DNA from: Camelus ferus
Taxonomy: Eukaryota
Assembly (NCBI RefSeq): GCF_009834535.1
Contig: NC_045696.1
Coordinates: 1,612,001-1,676,000 of the forward strand
DNA: 64,000 nt
Direction: 5' to 3'
Part shown: piece after piece, positions 45,890 to 58,481 of the stretch
Numbering within the stretch: the first letter of the stretch is position 1
How the letters are laid out: the number at the start of each line of letters is the position of its first letter
Position numbers and translations under genes: made by a program
Notes under the pieces: model-generated
What the model was told of the DNA's origin: nothing
The model's database searches: none
Seen by the model: the letters and a program-made list of their open reading frames with translations, nothing else

Positions 45890-48250
45890 TGGAGTTTTCT
45901 TGGTGAAAAGTTGCTTTTTTAAAATTTTGAAGTAATTATAGATTTCTAAGAAGTTGTCAAAAGAAAGTGGAGGGAATTCCTGACTACCCTTTGCCCAGTT
46001 TCCCTCAATGATAGCACTTTGCGTAATGAGGGCAAATCACCAGATTGACAGCCCACAGATCTGACTCCCATTTCATCAGTTTTACAGGCACTTGTGTGCT
46101 GTGTGGTTCTATGCGGCGTGTTCACGTTCGTAGGTCACGTCGGCACCACCACAGTCAGACACAGGATGGTACCATCCATCCTGCCACAAAGCTCCTTCAG
46201 CTACCTGGTTAGAACCACGCCCACCGCACTCTCATCCCTGACCCCTGAGGACCACTGAGCTCTTTTCCGTCTCTATCCTCTTGTCAAATTGAGAATGTTA
46301 CGTAAATAGCATCATTCCTTTGAGACTGACTTTCCACTTACACAGTTCCCCTGAGATCCACTCAAGCTGTGGTGTGTGTCAATAATTTGCTCCTTTCTGT
46401 CGGAAGAGGAAGACTCCGAGGCGTGGGTGTTTTTGTTTGCTCACCGTTTACCTGTCGAAGGACAGGCGGGCTGTGGGAAGGTTTTAACTGCAATCAGTTT
46501 CTTTGGTGGATGTGTTATTCCGTGTGTATACTTCTTCTCAAGTGAGCTTTGGTAGTTTGTGTCTTCCATGGAATTTGCCCATTTTGCTTAGGCTGTCAGA
46601 TTCCTGGGCTTAAAGCGGGTCCGGATGTTCCCTGGTTATCCTCCCACCACCTGCAGGCCCTCTCGCGGTGCCACGGCTCCCACCCCCGGCGTGGTGAGCG
46701 GCACTGTCTCTGCCTGACTTGCTGTCCAGTGCGGCTGATGGCTTACCAGCTTTATCAGTCTTCTCAAGGAAAGAGCCCTTGGCTTATTTGATTTTTATCT
46801 TCCTTTCTGTTATCCGTTCCACTGACTTTCCACTTTGTCTTTGCTGCTGTCTTTCTTCTTTCGGTGTAATCTGCTTCCTAGTTTCTTCAGCTGGAAGCTG
46901 AGGCCATTTAGTTGAGACCTCTCTTCTTCTCTAACAAGCACACGCAGTGCCACAAACTTCTCCCTCGGAATTGCTTCGGCAGCGTCCCCCACGTTTTGAC
47001 ATGTTGTATTTTCACTTTCATATGAGTCAAAATATTTTCTGATTTCCTCCTTTCTTCATTATTTTTTGATTTACGGGTTATTTAGAAGTCTATTTCTTCT
47101 CTAAATAGTTGGGGATTTTACCAGGTCTTTCTGTTACTGCATTTTTCATTTAATTCCACCGTGGTCAGAAAATACCCAATTTGTTATCTGAATTTTTTCA
47201 AAGCCGTAGAAATTTGCTTTGTTGCCTTTGTAGGTCTATCTTAGCAAATGTGATTTATCTTGGTACATGTTCTGCATTCACTTAAAAAGAAGGTTTTTTT
47301 CTGTTTGAGGGTGGAGTCTTTCAACGTCAAATAGCTCAAATTGGCTAACGATGTTGGAATACTCCGCGTCCTCTGATTTTCCGTCTGCCTGTGCTGTGGG
47401 TTACCGAGAAGGGCTATTCGAATCTCAGGCTGTAGGAGCCCGTTAAGGTTTGTCTGATTCTGCAGGTCAGCCACGCTTTGCTTCATACATTTTAAAGGCC
47501 TGCTATCAGGCGCACACACATTTAGGGTCGTTTGACTCCTTGATCTTTATGACATGATCCTCATTAACAGTCCCTGGCCGTATGCTTTGATCCTGAATCT
47601 ATTTTATGGAATTAACACAACTGCTGCAGCTTTCTTTTGATTAACGTTAGCTTAATATAGCTTTTCCCCTCTTTTTACTTTTAACCTGTTTTCTTCTTAT
47701 ATTTAAACTGCATTTCTCATAGGCAGCATAATGTTGGGTCTTTTTTTTTTTTTTTTTTTAAACTCGGTCCACTAGTCTCTGACTTTTGACTGGAGTGTGC
47801 GGACAACTTGGGTTTAGTGTGACTACTGATGCAGTGGGTTTCACCTTTCCTCTTGCTGTTGCTGCCAGCTTGTCGCATGTCCTTCTTCCCCTTTCCCCCT
47901 TTTCCGCCTTCTTTTGGATTTGTTGCTTTTATGTATGATTCCATTTTTCCCTTTGTTGCCTCATTAGCACAGCTCCTTGTTTTGCATCTTAGGGTTTATG
48001 GTCTACCGTCTTTAACTTATCACGGTCTGTCTTGAAACAACAGTGGCTACTTCGTCCTGCAAGCACCTCAGAGAGAGACGTTGCCATTTCTCCCTGGATG
48101 GGGCACATACTCACTCTGGAGGAGTTATTGTAATTGTGTATAAACAACTAAGATCTTTCCAGGAGCCAAAAAAAGGTGATACCGATGAATAACAAGTAGA
48201 TGAAGCCATTATGTTTTTAAATTGAGATACATGCAAATCAAGGTGAAAAT
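45890..48250 (-). mobile_element. Old L1 fragment block (3' end plus ORF2 pieces)
   Basis: tttgcccagtttccctcaatgatagc...caccaccacagtcagacacagg (L1M 3' end). ccacgttttgacatgttgtattttcac and tgtctttcttctttcgg resemble reverse-strand L1 ORF2. Confidence 0.7.
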
Positions 48251-48376
48251 TGTGCCCAAATTCCTCAGAATCAATTGAAGTAATTTAAAGGCAACCAGAG
48301 GCTGGTGTGAATTTTCCATGTAAGCGTGTTGCTCTAGTATGGGCACTTTCTTCCTCCCTCCCTCCCTCCCCCATCT

Positions 48377-48548
48377 NNNNNNNNNNNNNNNNNNNNNNNN
48401 NNNNNNNNNNNNNNNNNNNNNNNNNNNNNNNNNNNNNNNNNNNNNNNNNNNNNNNNNNNNNNNNNNNNNNNNNNNNNNNNNNNNNNNNNNNNNNNNNNNN
48501 NNNNNNNNNNNNNNNNNNNNNNNNNNNNNNNNNNNNNNNNNNNNNNNN
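48377..48548. other. Assembly gap (172 N)
   Basis: Run of n. Confidence 0.99.
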
Positions 48549-49398
48549 GTACGTGAGTCAGTTTGTATTCTCCAAGAAGCTGATGCCAAGTGGGATAAGT
48601 TTTTTAGCAGTTTATTGTGGGGATGCCCATGAAAGAGTAATGGGGGAGTGGGAGTGGGGAAGAGCCTTAACGTGGCCAGGCTGACCATACTCATGTGAGT
48701 GAGCTGTAAGGAGGGAGGGCCAGATGAGCAGTGGCTCCGCCCCTGGTACAGCTCTGAGAAGGCCTGGGGCAGGTGGATGGGGTGCCCTGAGCAAAGGGCG
48801 GGTGTCTGTCAGGAATGGCCCTGCCCTCGCACTCCTGCTGTGCTTGGTCAACTGCTGGGGGTGGCCTGGCGTGGATGCCGTGGTCCATCCAAGAGTGGCA
48901 GCAGGAACCCATTGCGGGTTCTCATGGGGGTGGTCTGCCTGGCCAGGATGGCCCCAGCATGGAGGCGCAAAGGAAACACTGTTCACTGCCCCCAGGATCC
49001 CACCCTGGAGGGAGGGCCACGGCCGCGGAGGAGAGGGCGGGATGTGGCTGGGCTGCAGAGCGCAGGCCTCCTGGGGCCTTATGGTTGACGGTGGGGTGCC
49101 GGGCCACCTCTCAGCCACGGGGAGCGGCGGGAGGGCTGGGCAGCGCAGATCTCGGCGGGAACTCAGGGTGGCTGCTCCGGGTCTTGCCAGGCCCCGACTC
49201 CGAGGTCTTCCTGGTTCTCTTACCATGAAAGGTCACGGGAGGTTCCGCTGGGAGTCCTGGGGGTTGTATGCACCCTCCCCCCAGCCCCTGCCGCCACCGT
49301 ACTCAGAGCAGTAGGGATGACAGATGAAGAAGCTTATGAAGTCGAGAAGTAAGGTCATCAGGCCAGGTAGGCAGGTCCTTCCCCGGGAGCAGAGAAGA

Positions 49399-49511
49399 GG
49401 CGGGGCTGGAGGAGGGGCGGGGCTGAGAGAAAGGGCGGGGTGTCGAGGGGCGGGGCTGCAGGAAAGGCTTGGCTTGGAGAAGGGGCGGGGCTGGGGGAGG
49501 GGCGGGGCTGG
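49399..49511. repeat. G-rich array of six GGCGGGG boxes (Sp/KLF GC-box-like, G-quadruplex potential)
   Basis: GGCGGGG-containing units at about 49399, 49414, 49433, 49447, 49482 and 49499. Confidence 0.75.
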
Positions 49512-49786
49512 GAGAAGCGGCTGGGCTAGGAGAGACAGGGCCCTCTTCCACGACTCAGGCCTGCGCTTAGGTTCTGGGATGACCGTGGCAGCAACTCCTG
49601 AGAGACCCCAGAGGACGTGGAGTCCCTGTTCTTGGTGACACAGAGGAGATGGTCTCCAGGTCCTTTCTGGGGGTTAAACTCCGGGAGGACGCCAAATGCT
49701 AGTATCGCTGAGCTCAGCCCCTCTGCTGAGGGACCCTAGAGACCGGCTGGCCCTGGGGGGGACGGGCCCGGTCAGCAGCAGGACTT

Positions 49787-50452
49787 CTAGGCCGAGTCGG
49801 GGACACAGCAGGCCGAGCGGGAGCACCTGGGGCGGCAGAGCAGGGACACGCAGGAGGCCGGGCGGCAGCAGCTGGGCTGGCAGGAGGGGGCGGGGGCACA
49901 GCAGGCGGGTCTGCACACGGGGCGGCAGAGCAGGGACACACAGGAGGAGGGTCTGCAGCAGGATGAGGGGCAGGGGGTGGGCTCACAGCACACGGGCCTG
50001 CAGCAGACGGGCCTGCAGCAGACAGGCCTGCAGCACACGGGCCTGCAGCACACGGGCCTGCAGGAGACAGGTGTGCAGCACACGGGCGTGCAGCACACGG
50101 GCCTGCAGCAGAGGGGCGCACAGCAGTCCTGCTGGCAGGGAGAGGAGGTGCAGCAGGGGGGCTGGCAGCTAGACTGCGGGCAGCACAAGGCCGTGCAGGA
50201 GCTGGTGCAGGCAGATGGGCAGGGGCAGGGCTCACAGCTCGCTGGGGCACAGAGGAGGCTCAGGCAGGGGGTCGGGGCGCAGCAGCGGGGCTCACAGCAG
50301 TGGGGCTCACAGCACGGGGGCTCGCAGTAGCTCTCTGGGCAGTCGTCCACCTGCCAGGAGGAGCCGGTGCAGGAGTCACAGGGACCGGCCAGGCAGACCC
50401 GGCTGCCGTAGCTCAGTTCGCCGGAGCAGGTGGACAGGGCGGGCGCGGCCAT
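49787..50452 (-). CDS. KRTAP10: Keratin-associated protein 10 family, gene C, 221 aa
   Basis: MAAPALSTCSGELSYGSRVCLAGPCDSC... ATG at 50452 in gccATGg context and TATAAAA 50539-50545. The longer ORF-track start lies upstream of the TATA box and is not used. Confidence 0.94.
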   Translation of the reverse strand: MAAPALSTCSGELSYGSRVCLAGPCDSCTGSSWQVDDCPESYCEPPCCEPHCCEPRCCAPTPCLSLLCAPASCEPCPCPSACTSSCTALCCPQSSCQPPCCTSSPCQQDCCAPLCCRPVCCTPVCCTPVSCRPVCCRPVCCRPVCCRPVCCRPVCCEPTPCPSSCCRPSSCVSLLCRPVCRPACCAPAPSCQPSCCRPASCVSLLCRPRCSRSACCVPDSA

Positions 50453-50842
50453 GGTGGGGGCGGTGGGGCTGGAGGAGGGTGAGTGTGTGAGCCTGAGTGT
50501 GAGTGTGAGGGAGTGTGAGGTGCCTAGGGGTGCTGGGCTTTTATACCCCTCCCTGGCCTGTGTCGTCCCAGCAGGAGGCTCCACGCCCGCCCTTCCTTGT
50601 TGGTGTTGACAGCTGGTTGCGGGAGCCTTCATTAGTGCTGGCGTATTTTCAATAGTTTTACTCACTAAACTTGTGAGTATGAATGTCCTGAGTTGCAGGA
50701 TGTTTCCCGTCTCTCCTGTGTTTGGCTCCAGAAAAGTTACGGAAAACATTTGAGGCAAGGTTATGCTGAGTTGAGGCCTAGAGGTGAACACTTCTCCAAA
50801 GTGATGAATTGTGGTTCCATCTCTCCTGTGTGTGGGGTGCTT

Positions 50843-51660
50843 CATTTTAATTTTTTAAAAATTGAAATATAGTCAGTTACAGTGTGTCAATTTCTGGTGT
50901 ACAGCATCTGTTTCAGTCATACGTATACATACATATATTCGTTTTCATATTCTTTTTCGTTAAAGGTAATTACAAGGTACCAAATATAGTTCCCTGTGCT
51001 ATAGAGAAGAAACTCATTTTTAATCTATTTTTATATATAGTGGTTAATATTTGCAAATCTCAAACTACCAAATTTATCCCTTCCCACCTCTTTCCCCCCA
51101 GTAACCATAGGATTGTTTACTATGTCTGTGAGTCTGTTTCTGTTTTGTAGATGAGTTCANNNNNNNNNNNNNNNNNNNNNNNNNNNNNNNNNNNNNNNNN
51201 NNNNNNNNNNNNNNNNNNNNNNNNNNNNNNNNNNNNNNNNNNNNNNNNNNNNNNNNNNNNNNNNNNNNNNNNNNNNNNNNNNNNNNNNNNNNNNNNNNNN
51301 NNNNNNNNNNNNNNNNNNNNNNNNNNNNNNNNNNNNNNNNNNNNNNNNNNNCCAGTCATCTGTGGATGGACATTTAGGTTGTTTCCATGTCTTGACTATT
51401 GTAAATAGTGCTGCTATGAACATTGGGGTGCAGGTGTCTTTTCAAATTCGAGTTTCCTCCAGACATATGCCCAGGAGTGGGATTGCTGGTTCATAGGGTA
51501 AGTCTGTTTTTAGTGTTTTGAAGAATCTCCATACTGTCCTCCATAATGACTGCACCAGACTACATTCCCAGCAGCAGGGGAGGAGTGTCCCCTGTTCTCC
51601 ACAGCCTCTCCAGCACTTATCATTTGTGGACTTTTGGATGATGACCATTCTGGCTGGTGT
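50843..51660 (-). mobile_element. Younger L1 3' end, interrupted by a gap
   Basis: Same 3'UTR as the 42652 element (attgaaatatagtcagttacagtgtgtcaatttctgg). ORF2 C-terminus MFIAALFTIVKTWKQPKCPSTDDW and [13 protein letters not shown]. Confidence 0.88.
51160..51351. other. Assembly gap (192 N)
   Basis: Run of n. Confidence 0.99.
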
Positions 51661-53868
51661 ATGGGACGCTTTAAGTATTTTCTAAATTACATGTAAGCCT
51701 TTAAAAACGTAACTATAAAGTGAAACTTGCACATTTTACAAAATATGAGTGGAACAGAGGACCGGTTCACAGAAAGCCAAGGGCCCCCTGCCTTCCAGGC
51801 ACCTGTGTCTCCCTGAGCAGGTGCTGGGAGTTTCAGGACCCACGACGGGGTCTGTGAGCTTCCTCCTCTTCTGTGACACACACAGGTGCCTTCCTCTGTT
51901 GCCTATCAAGCTATACTCGGCGTTGTTTCTGTTTTCATCTTGCTGTGGTGAAGTATCAGACTTTTTCATATATGCTGGTGGCTTTACGTTTTAAGATCTC
52001 TCATGTGACCGAGAACACAGCCACTTTTCCTTTCCAGTTTATGATGGTTTCCAGAATTCTGGTTTTAAATAACTGTTTCCCCAAAGCGGTGGGACATATT
52101 TCCATTGCCTTGTGATGTCCAGATTTCCTGGGGAGAGTCTGAAGCTGTTATCTGTCATTCGCAGTTAGATGCGTAGTGTATCTTTGTTAACTCTCCAGGA
52201 ACATTTGGGTTTTCTTTCTATCCTTGTTCTCAAATGCCGTGTTTTGTGTTTCTGGGCTTGTGTGTCACTTTCCTTTCTGTGGTTGGGATGCACCAAGACT
52301 TTTGATATGAAAGCTCATCTCGGGAAACGTTTTGTGCTATTTAGAAAATTATTTAGTCTCTCCTGGTCTCTCCTTTTGTGGCTCCCATTAGATGTCAGAT
52401 CTCCTGGAACTAGCCTTCCCATCTCTTATTCTTCTCTCACTTTCCAAATGTTTATCCTTTGCTCTAGGACATTTTCTTGATTTTTATCTTTCAGACCACA
52501 TTTCAGTCTTTTGCCATTTATTTCCAGGCTCTTTTTTGGCCTTTATCAACTTATTTCCAAATTTAAAATTTTCAAACATCTGATTAATTCTTTCTCACAG
52601 CAGCTTGACTTTGTCTTGTGATGTGAATGGGATACGTCCTCTGTCACCGCTGGGGCCGTCAGTGTGCGTTTTCACAAGCTTTGCACCGCTCCTCCAGCAG
52701 TCTCTTGCTTGGACACCAGATAAGGCCAGCTCCTTGATGTCACCTGTCTGGTTTTAGACTAAGCTGTTTTATTCTTGTGCATTGGAGATCTTGTTCCAGT
52801 TTACACACATACCTGTTTCTCTTTGATGAACACATGCAGGGTCCTACTGGGCCTCCTTCTTGTTTACGTACTACTTTGTTTAGTTTTTCTTATAACTTTT
52901 ACACGTCCTCTCGGTGGCTCTTCTAGTGGTGGTGAGAGAACTGTGCGCTTCATCCATGTCCCAGAGCTGAGGAAGTCAGCGCTGCTTTAGGGGAATGATC
53001 GGGACACTAAGAACGTCTCTGGTCTGCATGAGGCATGGCACGTGACCTTTCCGACATGCACAGTCACACCTGAGTGCTTCCTGAGGTCAGCCCCCGTGCG
53101 AGGCGCCCCTTTGGGACCCCCTTGTACAGATGCAAAAATCGGGTTCGGAGGGCAGCAAGCTATGAAAGGGACGGTGGTGGCGGGGAGACTGAGCGCCCGG
53201 CCGCGAAGGGCTCTGCTCATGGCACCCCCCACCCCTTCCCAACCTCCCCCATGCCTGCTCCCGGGAAGCCTTGGGTTTTGTGAGTGGGAAGGATGGGGGT
53301 GGCACTGGGTCTGGGACAAGCCACGGCAGATGTAAAGACGTTCTCCGCTCTTCCCAGGACTGTGCTGGGTCCAGCCTGATCTAGCAGGTGTCAGGGCTCT
53401 TCCTCACTCACGGCTCACGCCCTGTTCGGCAGCGGCCTCCTCCTTAGCCTGTGAGCTGTCTGCGTCCCAGCTCAGAGCGTCTCTCAGCAGTCACTGCTCT
53501 CACCTCAGCTCTTCCCAGCCCTGGGCTGGGGCTGGGAGCCTGTGGTCGGGGCTGGCGGGTCGGTGGAAGGTCAAATGACCAAATGACTTTTAAAAACATG
53601 CAAAAAAAGGAATCTCTGGGCATTTGAGTGTGAGCAGAAGGGCAGTGTCCTCTGGTGCTGGCCGGGCAGATGGAATAGGTGCTGGGAGGGAATGAGGGCC
53701 CAGCAGACAGTGTGGCTGACAGCGCGCTGCCCCCGGCCCCTCGGCTGTGCTGTCCTTCTGCTTCCCTGCCACGCCACGACGGGGATGCAGTAGAGCCCCG
53801 GCCGGGACCGGTGGGACAGGCCCTGTTGTCCGGGTCCTGAAGGTGATGGCGGTGCCTTTGGCAGCTCA

Positions 53869-54460
53869 TGCGTGTCTTTGTGTATGTACGTGTGTGTACA
53901 TGTGTATGTGTGTATGTATATATGTGTGCATGCATGTGTGTACATGTGTGTATGGGTATGTATATGCGTATATGCCTTATGTGAATGTATCTGTGTATGT
54001 GTGTACACATGTATCCAGGTGTATGTACATATATGTGTACGTGTGTATACACGTGTATGTGTGTACATGCATATACATGTGTGTGCATGTATACGTGTGT
54101 ATGTGCATGTGTGTATATGCCTGTGCGTATCTGTGTATGTGTGTACACGTGTACATATGTATGTGCATATATGTGTATATGTATACATGTGTGTATGTGT
54201 GTATATGTGTATACGTGCATGTGTGTATATGCCTGTATGTGTTTCTGTGTGTACACATGCACGTGTGTATGCGTGTCCATGTGTACATGTGTGTACATGT
54301 ATGTGTGTATGTGTATACGTGTATATCTGTGTGTAGGTGGATATGTGTATATGCGTGTGTACATGTGTCTGTACAAGTGTATGTGTATATGTGTATATGT
54401 GTGTACATGTGTGTGCATGTGTGTGCATGTATGTGTGTATATGTGTGTACGTGTGTGTGT
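53869..54460. repeat. About 590-bp alternating purine-pyrimidine simple repeat, degenerate (TG)n/(TATGTG)n/(TACATG)n
   Basis: Continuous gtgtatgtacgtgtgtgtacatgtgtatgtgtgtatg... tract. Confidence 0.95.
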
Positions 54461-54654
54461 GTTGAGAGTTCTAACTCTCAATGACTTTTCTGTTTCCACC
54501 TACTAGCATTGTTAATTATATCATTTCTGAGAACTATCATTTCTGAGAACTACTCTGCTTGACAATGGCATATTCTTTTTTTCTGATCTTTAAGAAATTA
54601 ATAGACTTTAAATTTTGTCCTCCACTTTGTTTTTGCTTTTTGTTATAGATTTAT

Positions 54655-54783
54655 TTTTATTAGTTTTTAGGGTGAGGTAATTAGGTTTATTTATTTATTT
54701 TTAATGGAGGTGCTGGGGATTGAACCCAGGACCTCATGTGTGCTAAGCACGCACTCTAACCACTGAGCTATACCCTCCCCCCT
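54655..54783 (-). mobile_element. Camelid tRNA-derived SINE (Vic-1 type)
   Basis: Reverse complement: gggggagggtatagctcagtggttagagtgcgtgcttagcacacatgaggtcctgggttcaatccccagcacctccattaaaaataaataaataaacctaattacctc. Confidence 0.93.
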
Positions 54784-57269
54784 GGCATGTTGTTCTTTTA
54801 ATGTATCTCCATATTAAATTTGCTAAAACATTATTTACAATCTCTTACATGACATAGGTCACTAGTCAGTTTCTCTCTCTCCCGGCTGGTTTTGGCATCG
54901 GGGTTTTGCCAGCCTTATGAGATAAGCCCAGAAAACTTCTGTTTCTTTCTGAGCTCTGGATGTTTGCAGTATTACAGGAAAGGCCTCCGTGCTGAAGGCT
55001 GATGGGTTCCCTACACCTTGAGAACTGAGTCTGTGCCTTTTGGAGAATCAGATCTTTCAACATCTTTTCAAATTTTCTTTGGATTGTGTTGTATTAAAAT
55101 TTTTTTCAATAAAATTTGTTTGACTAGGAAAAAATCCATTTCCATATTTGAAACAGAACAGATCTTCAGTATATTTGCCAAATAAAGGTAATAATCCTAT
55201 TGGACTAAAAATTTTTCTTTCACTTTGTCAGTCAATGTAGGTAGTTTATATGTTTTTTGAACATGGTATATTTCATTTATATTTTCAAATTTTAGGATAA
55301 ATATACTCATACTACCTTCTTATACTTAAAAGCAAAAATAACCTGAATCTGCGAGCATATTCTTTTTTCCCATTTTTAACGTATTTTTTATTAGACTTGC
55401 CAGAGCTTTTAACATTTTATCGATATTTTTAAAGTGACAGTCTTTGTTTTATATTTCATTAGTTTTTACTTTAAATCTTTTAAAGCTCCTTTCTCCTACT
55501 CTTTAAACATTTTTTAAGGCGTTTTCCCTGGCTTACTGAGTTGAATGCTTACATTTTGCTTTCCGGCCTGTACAGTGGAAAGAGTAGATGTCCGTTCGCG
55601 CCGCTTCGCCATTTCCTCTCGCTCCCGGCGCCCGCTGATTTCAGGGGCATCAGCTTCTCAATGGTCTGTCAGTCCGTCTTAGTTGCACCATCGATCAGAA
55701 GTCACGTAGAAAGGGACTTTAAAGTTTCCCAGGGGGTGAGCGTGTACTTAGGAAGCGGGACCGACGGCCGTGCTGTCACCGGAGGACACCTCTGCGGCCC
55801 CTGCTCTCTGGGCTTGAGGCGCCGTGCCGGGCACCTGTGAGCGCGCTGTGGACGGTTGGAAAGGCAGCGCCACTGTTCGTTTTGTAGGAAAAACGAGTAC
55901 TCTTCTGAGTGGCAGTTTCAGAAGCCTCCTGGGTAGTAACCGTCCTGGGTTCCTGGTGTTTGAAGGGTGCAAGGCTGAGCCTGGGGCAGGGTGGGTCGCC
56001 CTCCGCGTCGGGGAGAGGTGGCCCCGCTGCTGGGTCTCCTGTTGGTACGACTGGTTCTTTCAGCGACCACTTCTCCTCCTGGAACCTTGTGGAGGTGTGT
56101 GCGTCGTGTCGCTCTTTAACGTCCCCAGACGCCCCGCGCTCCGGACGTTGTTGTAGGCCTTTGCTGGCTTGTTTCGACCTCGTTGTTCACATCGTCTTTG
56201 AGCGCGAGGCACATTTACTCTGTTGCGGGATGACCTCCTTCCGTCCCGGAGGCTGTGTCTCCTGCGGCGGCGCGGGTTAGGATCACAGATGCTGGGTCCC
56301 CTAGACGTACCCGCCTTGTGGTTAACCTCTTCCCGTCCTCAGCTCTTTGTCCCGCTTTGCATTCTGGGAAAATCCTTGCCTGATCTTCCCGGTCACCTCT
56401 TACCACATGCAGTCCATACGCAGACTGTCTGTTGGTTTCCTGTTTGTTCGGAGAGTCATGCTTTTAGTTTCCAGAAACTCTGAGTGTTTCCCTCCCTCCC
56501 CTCTACCTCTTTCCTTCTTTTCTTCCTTCCTTTTTTGTTGTTTTAAACCCACATCTTGTTCTTATTTTAGGAAGTGGTAGCCCCTCCATTTCCTTGCTTT
56601 ATCGTTTGTTCAGAGTTTTGCTTCCCTTTCGTGTTGATTTCCTTAAGTGTCTGGGGACCCTTATTATTCCTATTTGTAAGCGAGGGTCTGGGCTGTTCAG
56701 TGCTCACTGATGCCTCATCCGCTGCACAGGCAAACACACCCTCCTGCGTGGGGAGCTGACAGCCGGGCCCTGAGGAGTGGGGGAGCTTGTCCGCAGGATG
56801 CAGGGCTCCCCCTTGTCTAGAACTTTCCTAGAGCATTGCCTGTCCTCTCCGTCCTGTGACCCTGGCTGGGACCCTCCAGCCCACCCACCCTGGCTAGCTC
56901 TTCTCCCGTGTCCCCTGGGAGTCAGCTGGATGCCCTGGGCGGTGTCCCTCACAGCTTGAAGCCAGGAGTTGATGACCCAGGGTGACACACAGCCTGACCT
57001 CCTGTGCAGCCCCTGCCGACACCCACTTTGGGGTGGCTCCGGGTCCCCTGGGAAAATCTTTCACAGTCCTGTCACCACCTCCTTCTTTCTGTTGATTTTA
57101 AAGTCAGCCTGAGGGTTCTGCCCTGTCATTCCCGGAAACCCCTCAAGGACTCGGGCCACGGCTGGCCTCCTGGGGCTCCTCTCACTGCCCCGGAGTCACT
57201 GATTTCCACTCGGATACAGGGGAGACAAAAGCCTCGGAATCCATCAGAACCGGGGATGGAATGAAACAG

Positions 57270-58215
57270 TTTTGCTTTTAGCAGATTTACGGAGATATAA
57301 TTCACATGCTGTAAAGTCCACCCACTAAAGCACACGATTTATGGGTGTCACCGTATTCAGAGTTGTGCAGCCATCAACCGTCACCGTTATTTTCCTTTGG
57401 AACATTTTCACCGCCCATCCCCCCAAAGCCATCAGCAGTGGCTCCCGTCCTCCCCTCGCCTGTCCCCTGGCTCCCAGGGGCTGTCCCTGGAGTGGCCTGT
57501 TCTGGGCGTTTCCTGTCAGTGGAATCACACACCACGTGGCCTTTGGGGTCTGGCTTCCCTCGCTGAACATCACATTTTCCTTTTTCTTTAGGAATTTTTC
57601 TTTTTCTGTTTCTTTTCTTCTACTGCAGTGTGGTCAGTTTACAGTGTTGTGTTAATTTCTGGTGCACAGCGGAGTGAGTCAGTCACACGAATGCATATAT
57701 GTTCCTTTTCACGCTCTTTTTCATTACAGGCTGTTACGAGGTAGTGAATGTAGTTCCCTGGGCTGTCCAGTAAGACCTTGTTGTGTATCTATTTTATATG
57801 TAGTAGTTAGTGTCTGCAAATCCGGAACTGCCAGTTTATCCCTCCACCCACCCCGTTCCCCCCGGGAACCGTAAGTTTGTTTTCTGTGTCTGTGAGTCTG
57901 TGTCTTGTGAGCAAGTGCATTTGTGTCATTTGGTGCCACGTTCTCGAGGCTCTTCCAGCTGCAGCGTGATCGGCGCTTCCCTGCTTTCCGTGGCTGAGTG
58001 ATACTCCGCTGAGCGGCGGGGCAGATTCTTATCCACCTTCAGCCGATGGGCCTGTGGGCTGCTTCCACTTTTGGATTATTGTGAGCAGAGCTGCTTGAAC
58101 GCTGATGCACACACTTTTGCTGGCACACCTGTTTTCAGTTCTTCCGGGTAGACGCCCAGAAGTGGACTTGCAGGGTCATATTCAAAGTCTAAAGTTTTGA
58201 GAAACTGTTTTCCAA
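57270..58215 (-). mobile_element. Nested L1 3' ends (older L1M 3' end at 57270-57575, younger L1 3'UTR from about 57600)
   Basis: agatttacggagatataattcacatgctgtaaagtccaccc (L1M 3' end) and gtggtcagtttacagtgttgtgttaatttctggtgcacagc (younger L1 3'UTR). Confidence 0.75.
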
Positions 58216-58481
58216 AGTGGCTGTCCTGGGACTGCAGTCCTGGCGAAGCAGAGGCAAGCATCCAACGGGGCGCTGGCCGAGGTGGCGGGGACGGCGTCCC
58301 AGGGAGCCGCGCTCTCGGGGCCCGGCCGCGCCGCTGACAGCGTGCAAGCAGCCGGGCCGAGTGCAGGGTCTAGGGAGTGAGTTGCTGCTGTCCGACCCTG
58401 CGGTGGCTGAGGCCACGGGGAGGAGGGCTCAGACCCGCAGTGTCAGCGTCGCCTCCAGCGCACGGAGACGCTTGAGCGTGC

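Noticed and set aside
48209-48694. ORFs containing X runs (also 51120-51423 and 62021-62388)
   Set aside because: Artefacts of translation through assembly gaps.
53444-54506. His/Thr/Tyr-rich and Cys/Val/Met-rich ORFs up to 351 aa
   Set aside because: Translations of the TG/TA/CA simple repeat, not genes.
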